Under the pieces are notes generated by a model. It was not told the DNA's origin, did not search any database, and worked only from the letters and a program-made list of their open reading frames with translations. The position numbers and the translations under genes are program-made. A DNA stretch of 64,000 bases, taken from Eledone cirrhosa (taxonomy: Eukaryota). Shown here one piece after another: positions 10,293 through 22,154 of the stretch. The stretch's first letter is position 1. The number at the start of each line of letters is the position of its first letter. The stretch is from positions 23,932,001 to 23,996,000 of the forward strand of contig OZ024741.1 of NCBI GenBank assembly GCA_964016885.1, written 5' to 3'.

Positions 10293-12788
10293 ATGGAGTA
10301 TATGAGAGAGAATGAAGATGAGAATCTGTTGGATGTGAAACCATTCCATCAGGATATTTCTCAGGATGAGACACAGATTCATTCAGATGTGAAACCATTC
10401 AACTCTGACATAAAAAGCAAATCTCTTTCTGAGGATTACCAGTTGTCCATTGAAAAGCAAATTCACTCAGAAGAGGAGGAGACCAACAATGAAATTTTAA
10501 GTGAAAACAAAAGTATTCAGTTGACATTAAGCAAGAAACAAGAAATTAATTCAGTGGAAGGTACCAACCATTGTGAGTTGTGTGGGAAGACCTTTCCTCT
10601 TAAAAGTGATATTACTCAACATAAATGTCTTAATACAAAAGTGAAAATTCATCAGTGTAAGGTTTGCGAGAAAACTTTCTCCCATCGTAGTGCTTTATCC
10701 ATTCACAAACGGATTCATACTGGGGAAAGACCATTTGTCTGTGAGTTTTGTGGTAAAGCATTCTCCCAAAGTGCTCATTTGACTAAACACCTCCGTGTTC
10801 ATGCAGCAGAGAGACCCTACACCTGTGACATTTGTAATGAATCTTTCTCGCTAAATTCCGACCTTTCTCTCCACAAAGCAAGCCACACTGAAGAGAAACC
10901 ATTTCACTGCGAAATGTGTGATAAGTCCTTCTCTCTGAAACGATCTTACCTCCGTCACAAACACAATCATGATAAAGAGAAGGAATTTACATGTGAAATC
11001 TGTAACAAGACATTTGCTTGGAGCAGTCAATTGGCTGCTCATAAACGTATCCACACTGGTGAACGACCTTACAATTGTGATGTATGTGGAAAAACCTTCT
11101 CCCACAGCAGTTCTTTAGCAACCCACCAGATGATTCACACTGGGGTTAAACCATATGCATGTGACATTTGTGGCAAAAAATTTTCTAAAAATACATATTT
11201 ATCTCGTCACAGTCGAATTCACACTGGTGAAAAACCTTACAATTGTGACATTTGTGGCAAAACTTTTTCACAAAATGGTTCCCTAACTACCCACAAATTA
11301 ACACACACTGGTGAAAAACCGTTTCGTTGTGAAATTTGTGGCAAAGGGTTCTTTCGAAATAGCTATTTATCTACACATGTGCGAACACACACAGGAGAGA
11401 AACCCTACCACTGTGAGATCTGCGGTAAAGCATTCTCCCGAAAGGGTGGTTTATCTACCCACCAAGTTACCCACTCTTCAGAGAAGCCATTTGTCTGCGA
11501 GTTTTGTGGTAATGCTTTCTCAAACATTTATAATTTGATTAGACACAAATTGACACATACTGGAGTGAAACCGTATCGTTGTGAGATTTGTGGCAAAGGT
11601 TTCTATCGGAATAATCATTTATCTATTCATGTACGCATCCATACTGGGGAACGGCCTTATGCCTGTGAAATTTGTGGTAAAACGTTTTCAGACAAAAGTT
11701 CATTTCGTGGCCACAAACTAACACATTCTACTGAGAAACCATTTTCCTGTGATGTGTGTGGCAAAGCCTTTTCCCAAAATCGCGTACTAATTTGCCACAA
11801 ACGTATTCACACAGGAGAGAAACCTTACCATTGCGATATATGTGGGAAAACATTTGCTCAAAATAGTATGTTAAAGTGTCATAGGCGTACTCACACGGGG
11901 GAGAAAGCATTTGAGTGTGATTTTTGTGGTAGGAAATTTGCTCAGAGGAATGCATTAGTTTATCATAAACGTATGCATACTGGTGAGAAACCATACCACT
12001 GTGACATTTGTGGTAAGAGCTTTGCACGAAGTGGTGCATTAACTACGCATCAAATAACTCACAGTGGGATTAAGCCATATGTGTGTGACCTTTGTGGCAA
12101 AGCATTTGCACGATATGACACCTTAGCTCGGCACATACTAACTCATACAGAGAGAGCACCATATTATTGCAACGTTTGTGGTAAGTCCTTCACCCAGAAT
12201 AGCAATTTATCTCGTCACAAACAAACTCACTCGAAAAACCACTCATTAGCTAACGAACCAATAACTAATCAGCTGTCAGATGACCAGCCACTACCTAGTA
12301 ATCCATTGGATGATCAATCATTAGTTAACCAACTATCAGACAATCAATCATTAATTAACCAGTCCTCAAACAATCAACTTTTAAACAACCAGTCATACAA
12401 TCAGCTATTAGCTAGCCAGCCATCAGATAGTCAGCTATTAGCTAGCCAGCCATCAGATAGTCAGCTATTAGCTAGCCAGCCATCAGATAGTCAGCTATTA
12501 GCTAGCCAGCCATCAGATAGTCAGCTATTAGCTAGCCAGCCATCAGATAGTCAGTTATTAGCTAGCCAGCCATCAGATAGTCAGCTATTAGTTAGCCAGC
12601 CATCAGATAGTCAGCCATCAGATAGTCAGTTATTAGCTAGCCAGCCATCAGATAGCCAACCATCAGATAGTCAGCTATTAGCTAGCCAGTCATCAGATAA
12701 TCAGTTATTAGCTAACCAGCCATCAGATAAGGAAGCATTAACTGCTGTGAAGGTTGAGACAAATGTTAGTGAGGAAACTGTACAGTAA
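10293..12788 (+). CDS. Poly-C2H2 (Kruppel-type) zinc-finger protein, 831 aa, single coding exon
   Basis: Uninterrupted ORF with 19 canonical C-x2-C-x12-H-x3-H fingers joined by TGEKP(Y/F)-type linkers, plus one degenerate first finger (CELC...HKC). Acidic N-terminus with no recognisable KRAB/SCAN/BTB domain; S/Q-rich repeat C-terminus. Candidate splice acceptor tttttgttttcattgtag ends at 10096, upstream of the ATG. Confidence 0.93.
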   Translation: MEYMRENEDENLLDVKPFHQDISQDETQIHSDVKPFNSDIKSKSLSEDYQLSIEKQIHSEEEETNNEILSENKSIQLTLSKKQEINSVEGTNHCELCGKTFPLKSDITQHKCLNTKVKIHQCKVCEKTFSHRSALSIHKRIHTGERPFVCEFCGKAFSQSAHLTKHLRVHAAERPYTCDICNESFSLNSDLSLHKASHTEEKPFHCEMCDKSFSLKRSYLRHKHNHDKEKEFTCEICNKTFAWSSQLAAHKRIHTGERPYNCDVCGKTFSHSSSLATHQMIHTGVKPYACDICGKKFSKNTYLSRHSRIHTGEKPYNCDICGKTFSQNGSLTTHKLTHTGEKPFRCEICGKGFFRNSYLSTHVRTHTGEKPYHCEICGKAFSRKGGLSTHQVTHSSEKPFVCEFCGNAFSNIYNLIRHKLTHTGVKPYRCEICGKGFYRNNHLSIHVRIHTGERPYACEICGKTFSDKSSFRGHKLTHSTEKPFSCDVCGKAFSQNRVLICHKRIHTGEKPYHCDICGKTFAQNSMLKCHRRTHTGEKAFECDFCGRKFAQRNALVYHKRMHTGEKPYHCDICGKSFARSGALTTHQITHSGIKPYVCDLCGKAFARYDTLARHILTHTERAPYYCNVCGKSFTQNSNLSRHKQTHSKNHSLANEPITNQLSDDQPLPSNPLDDQSLVNQLSDNQSLINQSSNNQLLNNQSYNQLLASQPSDSQLLASQPSDSQLLASQPSDSQLLASQPSDSQLLASQPSDSQLLASQPSDSQLLVSQPSDSQPSDSQLLASQPSDSQPSDSQLLASQSSDNQLLANQPSDKEALTAVKVETNVSEETVQ
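12401..12730 (+). repeat. 30-bp coding minisatellite (SQLLASQPSD repeats) in ZNF C-terminus
   Basis: Unit tcagctattagctagccagccatcagatag, about 10 near-identical copies plus two 15-bp half units, all in frame. More degenerate copies extend back to ~12240. Confidence 0.92.
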
Positions 12789-14188
12789 CCACTGATATTT
12801 ATTGTTACTGGAGAAATATTGGTGATATTAGGTGGTAAACCATCCTATTTGGAGTTCTCTTGGAACAGAATACCATTTCATGTTCTATGAAAAGTTGTGC
12901 TAAACCAGTGTTATGCTATATTCCCCAAATTATAATCTAGTTCACCCACAAAGAAATAATATTGGGAAATCGTCGGGTATTTACATGGAACTAGTCTTCT
13001 ATTTGACAAAGACATTGATCTACTTCTTAATTTATTGATATATTGCCAGTGGGCTTATGGCAGTGAAATCCGTAGTCTACAAGCACTGAAGAATTTAACA
13101 AATTTCACAATGGAGAAAAAAAGAGAATGAGACCAAATCAAATTAAAAATTTGTGTTAAAACAAATTTACTGAAATAAGCTCATATAATTGAAATGAATG
13201 TACAGTTAGTCACAAATTGATTCATATATTTAAGAGAATGTGGAGAGATGTTGAAGTCATTATCTAAAGATCATATTTGAGCCACGTATTTATGGAACTA
13301 TATTTAAGTAGTTATACAATTTAGGTGACAGTTTTCTTGCAAATTCTACCTATAGGATCCTAAAGTTTATGGTCTCTCATTAAATACCAAATATCAGGCC
13401 AGTAATTAGACACTGTGTCACATTTTCCTAACATTTAAGCTGACTTGATAACTATCAGTACTATAAACACCACTACTATAAACTACCACTACTATAACTA
13501 CTACTACCAGTAGATCCAGATGAAACCTGTTACTGCTAGGTTTGAACCATCTTTCTCTACCTTTAGATTTGACATTTTATTTAGCACCAAGTCAGTCTTG
13601 AATAAACCGATCTATGATCAGTGGCATGCTCGCTATAACTATCCCATTTTTTCAAATATAATCTATCTTAGAGTACATTATCCAATGTGTCCTTGTTTTT
13701 TAAAAGATTGTAGAATATAATTTGAGAGAGATGTGGTTGATATTTCTAGCAGGTTCAGTGATCATGTGAAGACTCTGGTTTTGAATTGTGGAGAATATTT
13801 TATAAGTTGTCAAAGACAAGGAAGCATATTCAGTGGTTGCCTCTGTCTCTCCTATCTGAAGGAATCTGTTGTAATGTCCAATGAAAACTGTTTATACCTT
13901 TGTGGAGGTGGTGTGTTTTATAATAGTTGATATTCCAACTATTGTTCCCTCATGTCAGTTGCTGGTTGAAAAAATTATTAATAAAAGTCTGTATGATACT
14001 GTTAGTGCTCCAGCTGGGTGAGGGATTATGTTAAACTCTTAACATCCTGTAATGATTTAGCAGAAAATATCTAAAAGCAGATTTTTTAATTCAAATTTAC
14101 TAGTAGAGACAGATCATTGTGAAAATTTGCAGTTTTAGAGTAAAGACTTAAATGTTTAGTTTAAGTAATGTTTTATAATTTCAAGAAA

Positions 14189-14629
14189 GTCTTGCTAACA
14201 GTTTCAGTATGATAGAGGACATAATGTCTTGCTAACAGTTTCAGTATGATAGAGGACATAATGTCTTGCTAACAGTTTCAGTATGATAGAGGACATAATG
14301 TCTTGCTAATAGTTTCAGTATGATAGAGGACATAATGTCTTGCTAATAGTTTCAGTATGATAGAGGACATAATGTCTTGCTAATAGTTTCAGTATGATAG
14401 AGGACATAATGTCTTGCTAATAGTTTCAGTATGATAGAGGACATAATGTCTTGCTAATAGTTTCAGTATGATAGAGGACATAATGTCTTGCTAATAGTTT
14501 CAGTATGATAGAGGACATAATGTCTTGCTAACAGTTTCAATATGATAGAGGACATAATGTCTTGCTAACAGTTTCAGTATGATAGAGGACATAATGTCTT
14601 GCTAACAGTTTCAATATGATAGAGGACAT
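14189..14629. repeat. 37-bp minisatellite (~12 copies)
   Basis: Unit gtcttgctaa(c/t)agtttcagtatgatagaggacataat. Confidence 0.95.
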
Positions 14630-15082
14630 TAAGAGTTAAAGGACCTCTACCAAGACTTGTGAGATCAATGGCAAGTGAACTTCTGACATTTTGTAATCAA
14701 GTAAAGTATGTGTGTTAGTACTGAACAGTTTAGCAATCAGAGTGTATAGTAGCAATGACAAATTCATCAGAATGGAAGTTTGTTTTTGTCCCATTTAGTA
14801 TTGAAGATTAACTGGTTTTTCACTAGTAATCTACTATCAGATTAATGTCTGAAATAGGAATGGAAATGACTTGAGCAATTCATTGTTCCAATTTGAAATC
14901 TCATTAAAACAAGTTTTGTTCTTTAACTGGAGAATGCTGCTGTATTTAAAATAAGTCAGAGAAATCAACATTGTTTAACATACATTTTCCATGCTAGCAT
15001 GGGTAGGATAAATATACAGGTCAACCCTATTTTAAACAAAGCTGTGTTTAGTTTTCAATCAATAATGAAAATATTGAGATAT

Positions 15083-15250
15083 CCCACAAGGCCAACAATT
15101 TGAAGGGGAGGGGAAAGTCGATTAAATCGACCCCTGTACTTACCAGTGCTTTATTTTATTGACCCTATAAGGATAAAAGGCAAAGTTAACCTCAGCAGGA
15201 TTTGAACTCTATGCCGCAAAGCAGTGTCCGATTCTCTACCAATACTGCCA
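15083..15250 (-). mobile_element. Dispersed SINE (second family)
   Basis: tttattttattgaccc...ggataaaaggcaaagttaacctcagcaggatttgaactc; reverse strand reads GAGTTCAAATCC (B box). Homologous copies near 8200-8290, 27110-27285 and 28970-29095. Confidence 0.7.
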
Positions 15251-15449
15251 AATAATGCGGTTCTTTTTATACTTCTTTTATTCTTTAAAAATATGATAAA
15301 CTGCACTTTTCAAAGCTTGCATTAAGAATGAAGACAAGTTGAATTTGATACCTGCTTTTATAGCAAGTTTATGTAGGTGTTTATCTCCCCCACCCTCCAG
15401 GTTTTGTTGCATGCGATTAAAAAAACTGCATTTTTTATAGGATAACCCA

Positions 15450-15647
15450 ATAGTTTCTTCCACATACATTGAAGAATGAGTTTGAAATATGGTAGTTTCT
15501 TCCACATACATTGAAGAATTGGTTTGAAATAGTTTCTTCCACATACATTGAAGAATGAGTTTGAAATATGATAGTTTTTTCCACATACGTTGAAGAATGA
15601 GTTTGAAATAAGATAGTTTCTTCCACATACATTGAAGAATGAGTTTG
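15450..15647. repeat. 42-bp minisatellite (~5 copies)
   Basis: Unit atagtttcttccacatacattgaagaatgagtttgaaatatg; one copy is 5 bp shorter. Confidence 0.9.
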
Positions 15648-16061
15648 AGGTTAAAGTGAAATGAAGGAAAATGGTTGCAGTTGAAAATAAAAAAATTTAT
15701 TCACAAAAGAAAATTCTCGATTTGAGTTTGGGGATTTGAAACAACTGTTTGAAGAAGTAAATGTACAGAAGTGATAATTGAAGGAAGGGTAATTTTTCTT
15801 GAAGAACGGAGTCGCCCACCTGATTTAAGGTACACACAATCTGGTATCCTAAAACATATAAACCTCAGTAGAGATAACTCATTAATAATTCAGAAGAAAT
15901 CTTATCCATTATACAATAATTTATTCTGGTTAGTCTCAACATTTTAGATTTCTTCATATTTGGAGGAAATCTTGGAATTTCAAACCAAGCCATTTAATTC
16001 TAGTTAGAGTCCTCTTCATATTCAGTAGAAATCTTGGAATTTCAAACATTTATTCAAACCA

Positions 16062-16277
16062 TTAACCCTTAAGCATTTACATTACTCTCTATATACTATT
16101 GTATTTTCACAGTAAAGGCTTTACCTCACATAATATCGAATCTATGAGATTTTGTTATTATTTATTTTGAGAACAATACCTTAACATCAGTATTAGTGGT
16201 CAGTTATGGCCAGTTTGAACAGAAAGAGGTGAGACAGTTCTGGCCGGATACAGCCGGTTTAAATGCTAAAGGGTTAC
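16062..16277 (+). mobile_element. piggyBac-like MITE, copy 2
   Basis: ttaa-cccttaagcatttac...tttaaatgctaaaggg-ttac; internal sequence aligns with 4153-4346. Confidence 0.78.
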
Positions 16278-17339
16278 AGTAAATTGTTCTCATTCTATTG
16301 ACCATGGCCAAGATATCCTCATATTCGATATGGGACAATAACATAGTTATTACAATAATTAGTGAAGTGTAAATGTGTTAGTTTACTTGGAAGTTGTATG
16401 TTCAATCTCTGGTATATACAACTAGTGTATATACTCTGTGTATATACTCAAGTTTAAGCTGAATAGACGAACAACATAACAACTAATAAGAGGGTGTCCA
16501 GCAGGAACTGTAAGTGTTGATCCTACAAAAGCCATCCTATACATGCTAGCATGGAGATGTTTAGATCCATATGTACATGCATATATATATATATATGTGT
16601 GCGTGTGTGTATATATATATATATACATATATATTTATTTATTTATTGTTTATCCGAAAGATAAAACTAGTAATTGTGAAGATATAGCTTGAATTAAATA
16701 TTATATCACTCTACTTTTTGTATTGAGTACTTTTTCTATGTTTTATGCATCCACTCTCCTATCATCAACATAATTTGACATCCATTTCCCCCCTATTAGC
16801 TTGGGTTGTGCATTTTATTATGACACCAGCACTAGGGTGATTGTCATGTCTGTGACAACTAAAGGGTCCTCTCGACCCTTTGTTTTCCAAGTTTTTTACA
16901 GCTTGATGTCCTTCCTATCACCTGATACCATCATCACTACCATTTAACATCTATTATCTATACCTACATGGGTTAGATGGGTTGTCACATTCTGAGGCTT
17001 GGCCAGTCAAGTGACCATGTCTTGTTTGTATGTTCTGTTTTGGTTTGGTTTTTACAGTTAGATGCCTTTCCTAATGCCAGTCTCTTCATAGCATGTGTTG
17101 CATATATGCATACATACATATATAAATATATTTAAAAGAGTCAAAGCGAGTGTTGCATATATATATGTGTCTAACACCCGTGGGCATGCCTACAAAGTCA
17201 GAAAACAGCACAGCTCCCATGACTTTCAGAAACATTTTGATGAGTTGTAGTGCACCTGAGCACTGTACACAATTTTATTATTATTATATACGCACACATA
17301 CAAACATATATGTACACATATATTGCCCTGACACTGAGT

Positions 17340-18130
17340 CACTCCCCCATCAACTGATTACACCTCCCCTTCACCTATCATTCCTCCGTCTTCCTCTTTC
17401 TAGAGAATGATCCTCCATCACAGTCTGATCGCTCCACCTTCACCCTTCCATCCCTTCCCTCATTTAAGTCCACCCAAAATCTTGAGAATTTTCTGACCAT
17501 AGTACTCTTGCCCTCCCTCCCCTGTTAGATCCTAACCCTGCCGTCATATATGCTGTTTCATAACCACCACTGGATACTAAGGCTGCTCTTTCCAAATCCG
17601 TAACCCCTTCTGCTGCACCTCTAGAAGTCTCATGTATTGGCTCTGTTGCACACTATGAAGCCATTGACTGACTGACCAATTCAGCAAGCATCATGAGGTT
17701 CAACAACCAGTCTCTGATCAACTAACATTTCCTCTCCACTGTTTGTTTGCTCTACACAATACCTCATTGTTTCCAGCCTCATTTCCAGCACTGGGCTTCT
17801 TCCTCCAGAGGGTTCATTACTTCATCTCTCTCTTGGTCTCAATGTGACACCCTAATTTTTCTAGTCTGCACTCACCCACCTTATTCTCAAACACTCAACA
17901 CCCACATACTCTCCACTTGCACACCTACACATGCTTCGTACACCAATATTCACCAACACACTCACATACATGCACCAACACATACTCTCTGGTCTCAAAT
18001 AATCATCCCCCTGCTATTTATTAAATTTTCAGATCAATTTTCAACCCACCCACTCACTTATTCCACCCCCTCCCCACTATTTTTGGACCCTGAAAGTACA
18101 ACTGTACAAACATGCTGTATGAGTCTTGGA
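17340..18130 (+). mobile_element. Possible very degenerate Penelope-like (GIY-YIG) 3' relic
   Basis: C-rich strand. Weak echoes of L.DRF.EH (LTDQFSKH) and LIF.L.T..P (LIFLVCTHPP), followed by a (CA)-rich tract. Confidence 0.3.
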
Positions 18131-18408
18131 ACATTCATCAAAACCAGTGAAAAGTGTATTGGTTGAAAGATAAATTAGTTGAAAATTTATATTGAAGAGG
18201 AAGTTTGTGTTTCAAACTTTTGAAATTTTCCAATGAAATAAGTAAAAAAATTAAAACAAGTAATGAAATAATTTATAGATATTTAAAATCAAACTGTCAA
18301 TATTTTATGGTTCTAAAAAAAAAATGTCAGTCAGCATGAATAGATATATTTCAGTTTGTTTTCAAATGTTTTCCATTGGATATGTCTTTGATGTCAATTG
18401 ATTTGATG

Positions 18409-18680
18409 TGAAGGCATATAGCTTAGTGGTTAGGGTGTTCGGTTTTTTATTGTAAGGTCATAGGTTTGATTCCCAGAGGCATATTGTCTACTTGAACACG
18501 ACACTTTATTTCACATTGCTCCAGTTCATTCAACAGTCTTGTCTCACTGTTATGCTGAATCTCCCTGAGAATTATAATAAAGTTGTATATGTTTGTGGAA
18601 TTCTCATCCACTTATATGTTAATTTCACTGGCTGTTTAAACAACTGGAACACTTGTCATTGGAACTGACAGAGATCCTAC
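18409..18680 (+). mobile_element. tRNA-derived SINE (degenerate)
   Basis: gcttagtggttagggtg...ggtttgattccc...cactttatttcacattgctccagttcattca. Confidence 0.6.
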
Positions 18681-19138
18681 ACACTGTCAACAAATGTTTA
18701 ATGTTTTCAATCAGTTGACCTTTAAAACTTTAAACTAATATGCTTTCTACAAATGTGTCTTGAAGAATCGGCAGTATTTCCTGTGTATATATGTTTACAT
18801 ACACACACACATCATCATCTTTGTTTAACGTCCATTTTTCCATGCTAGCATGGATTAGACGAGTTGTCCTGTTGTGAGGTAAGTCTAGTCAGGTGACCAT
18901 GTCTTGCTTATACAGAACTAATTTTGATTGGTTTCTACAGCTGGATGCCCTTCTTAACATCAGCCACATTTACAGTGTGGGCTGGGTGCTTTTTGTCATC
19001 ACCACTTTACAGTGTATGTATAAAATGCTGAGTTATAGGTGTGCCAGGCAAAGGGCCTTTAGTTTCTACCTCATTACTAATGCTTTGTTGTATTTCTAAC
19101 AAAGTCAATCAATTCTCCATGGTCCTGTTCACCAAGCT

Positions 19139-19445
19139 CAGTGTTTCCCAACCTATGGCCACATGGCTAAAATGGACCATGGAAAATTTCAGGTGGGCTA
19201 CAGAAATTTTATAATTTTTTTTTGTTGTTTTGTGCCATATATAGGAAAAATTGTAAAAATAAATATTGATAATAAATGGTCATTTCATTGGAGATGTGAA
19301 ATTGTGTCCAATAGACATAGTTGTATCTTTATTAGATATATTCTATGTAAAATGGAAGTAATTTTTTACACTATAATAATTTCATGGGCCACAAAAATTC
19401 TTGGTTCAAAGTGAGCCATGGGCTAAAAAAGGTTGGGAATCACTG
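19139..19445. mobile_element. hAT-type MITE (~307 bp)
   Basis: TIRs CAGTGTTTCCCAACCT / AGGTTGGGAATCACTG (15/16). Imperfect 8-bp flanks accaagct / acctaact (6/8). Confidence 0.75.
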
Positions 19446-19693
19446 ACCTAACTACTAATATAGTGCTACTGCTCACTAGTGTACTTACTCAATTTGTCTC
19501 ACTTGTCTGGAAAAGGCAATAAAGGGACCACTCCAGTGTATAGCCCCTTAAATCCTATAATGCCCTAACAATCACCACCCCCAGGGGTTAGGGTGGTACT
19601 TCTTCACCCTTTGTAAATAGCCTCATCTGTGTAATGGATGTTTTATTTATTTTGTTTTGTGGATGGGTGGCAGTTCCTTTACAATTGTTATGT

Positions 19694-19992
19694 GTTACAT
19701 GTGTGTGACACAGCAATGTTAGAATGTGTTGTGGCCTTGTGTGTGTGTTACAACAGTGTTACATGTGTGTGACAGCAATGTTAGAATGTGTTGTGGCCTT
19801 GTGTGTGTGTTACAACAGTGTTACATGTGTGTGACACAGCAATGTTAGAATGTGTTGTGGCCTTGTGTGTGTTACAACAGTGTTACATGTGTGTGACACA
19901 GCAATGTTAGAATGTGTTGTGGCCTTGTGTGTGTGTTACAACAGTGTGACAGTAGTGTTAGAATGTGTTGTGGCCTTGTTATGTGTGTGACA
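19694..19992. repeat. ~60-bp TG-rich minisatellite (~5 copies), decaying to ~20220
   Basis: Unit gttacatgtgtgtgacacagcaatgttagaatgtgttgtggccttgtgtgtgtgttacaacagt with variable (TG)n. Confidence 0.85.
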
Positions 19993-21177
19993 CTGATTTT
20001 CTGGTTATATGATGTGTTACATGAATGTCATGGGGATGTGTTGCAGTGGTGTTACACCAATGTTACATGTGTTACACCTATGTTACTGTGATGCAAGATG
20101 TGTTAGTGTGGTGTTTTTACCACGAGATTACATGTGTCGCAGTAATATATTAATGCTACATGTGTTAGAGTGAGGTTACACATGTGTCACAACAATGCTA
20201 CATGTGTGTTACAGTGATATGTGTGTTTTCAGACACTGAAATACACTAAATGGTTTGATAAATAAAGTCTGATCTTCAAAAACATAACTGTTTGTTTTTT
20301 TCCAACTGTTGCAATAATAATCTTTGGTATGTATCCTTCCTAAACCAATTCCTTTATTTGTTGACATTGGTTCAATTCAGAGAGAGTGGGGTTTGTATAA
20401 ATAAGGATTTATTCTCATTTTATATCACAGGTATGGCTGTCTGGTTAAGAAGTTTGGGTTGTGTGGTTTAAGAGGTTTGGGCTGTATGGTTAAGAAGTTT
20501 GCTTTACAACTATGTGACTTCAGGCCTGATCCCACTCTATGGTAGCAGGAGTATTGTCTGTTGTAACCATAAGCTGACCAATATCTTGTGAGTTTCATTC
20601 ACAAGACATTGGTCAACCTTGCTGACAGAAACTATGTGGAAGCCCTTTGTATATATCATCATCATCATCATATTTTATTTTATGCCTGTTTTCCCATGCT
20701 AGTATGTATTGGACAGATCATTACAGATCAAATGAATTATTAATCAGAGCTAATGTCCTAGATGGGTCTAGGACCACTTCTCTCTTAATATGTTTCATTT
20801 TGGAGATGATTTCTTCTGTCGGGTGTCCTTCCTAACACCAACCCCTTTACAAAATATACTGGGTGTATTTTATTGGGACACCAACACTAGAGAGGTTGTC
20901 AAGTATTTGACATAACTAATGAGTTTTCCCTGCCCTATACATGTGCAAATGTTTTCTACATTTTTTCATTGACATTACTTGGGATGTTTATTTACTGCAA
21001 AACAATGTCTCACAGCTTGTTTAAAATACTGAAGATTAGTTGGCATAAAACAGCATCATAGAATATGGCCAGATGCCAATAAGTTTCATCTTATCCCATG
21101 TATGCCAGCATAGAAAAGGTTGATGTAAAAACAATGATAATGAAGTCCTTATATTTTCAGTGAACTTAAGACCAATG

Positions 21178-21801
21178 GTTTGATGTCTGTATTTCTGTCC
21201 AGGAATATTTACAGTGAAGTTTGATGTCTGTATTTCTGTCCAGGAATATTACAGTGAAGTTTGATGTCTGTATTTCTGTCCAGGAATATTACAGTGAAGT
21301 TTGATGTCTGTATTTCTGTCCAGGAATATTACAGTGAAGTTTGATGTCTGTATTTCTGTCCAGGAATATTACAGTGAAGTTTGATGTCTGTATTTCTGTC
21401 CAGGAATATTACAGTGAAGTTTGATGTCTGTATTTCTGTCCAGAAATATTACAGTGAAGTTTGATGTCTGTATTTCTGTCCAGGAATATTACAGTGTAGT
21501 TTGATGTCTGTATTTCTGTCCAGGAACATTTACAGTGAAGTTTGATGTCTGTATTTCTGTCCAGGAATATTACAGTGTAGTTTGATGTCTGTATTTCTGT
21601 CCAGGAACATTTACAGTGAAGTTTGATGTCTGTATTTCTGTCCAGGAATATTACAGTGTAGTTTGATGTCTGTATTTCTGTCCAGGAACATTTACAGTGA
21701 AGTTTGATGTCTGTATTTCTGTCCAGGAATATTACAGTGAAGTTTGCTGTCTGTATTTCTGTCCAGGAATATTTACAGTGAAGTTTGATGTCTGTATTTC
21801 T
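21178..21801. repeat. 40/41-bp minisatellite, left arm (~15 copies)
   Basis: Unit gtgaagtttgatgtctgtatttctgtccaggaatattaca. Confidence 0.95.
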
Positions 21802-22036
21802 TGTGGGTATGGTGTGGCGTGCGGTGGCCGGAAGCGGGGGAGTGCTCGACCGGAAGGGTGCTTGGTCGGAAGGGCCAGCAGATGGCCCTCTCTAGTGGTG
21901 ACCAGCAACGGTGTGGACGCGAATTTGGCAGCTCCCGGTGTTAAGCAGCTGGATGCACGTGGAAGAGGAGTAACCTGCAGTGGAATTTAGCGGCGCCTAT
22001 GAAAAGTGGTAAGTGAGATAACTTTTTCTAACCACA
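21802..22036 (+). repeat. 5' LTR (235 bp)
   Basis: tgtgggtatggtgtggcg...ctaaccaca, aligns with 25733-25984. Confidence 0.93.
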
Positions 22037-22154
22037 AGCTATTTCGGCACTGGAAACAGATCTGATTGAAAAAAAAGAAAAAAAAAAAAGCTACTGGAAA
22101 AACAGAGAGGAGTCTGTTGTTTTTTTTATCACGTACCGCAAGACAAATTAGAAG

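Noticed and set aside
10851-12039. Alternative-frame and antisense ORFs inside the ZNF CDS
   Set aside because: Typical shadow ORFs of repetitive C2H2 coding sequence.
15278-15632. ORFs with MWKKLSYFKLILQ / MYVEETI repeats
   Set aside because: Translations of the 42-bp minisatellite.
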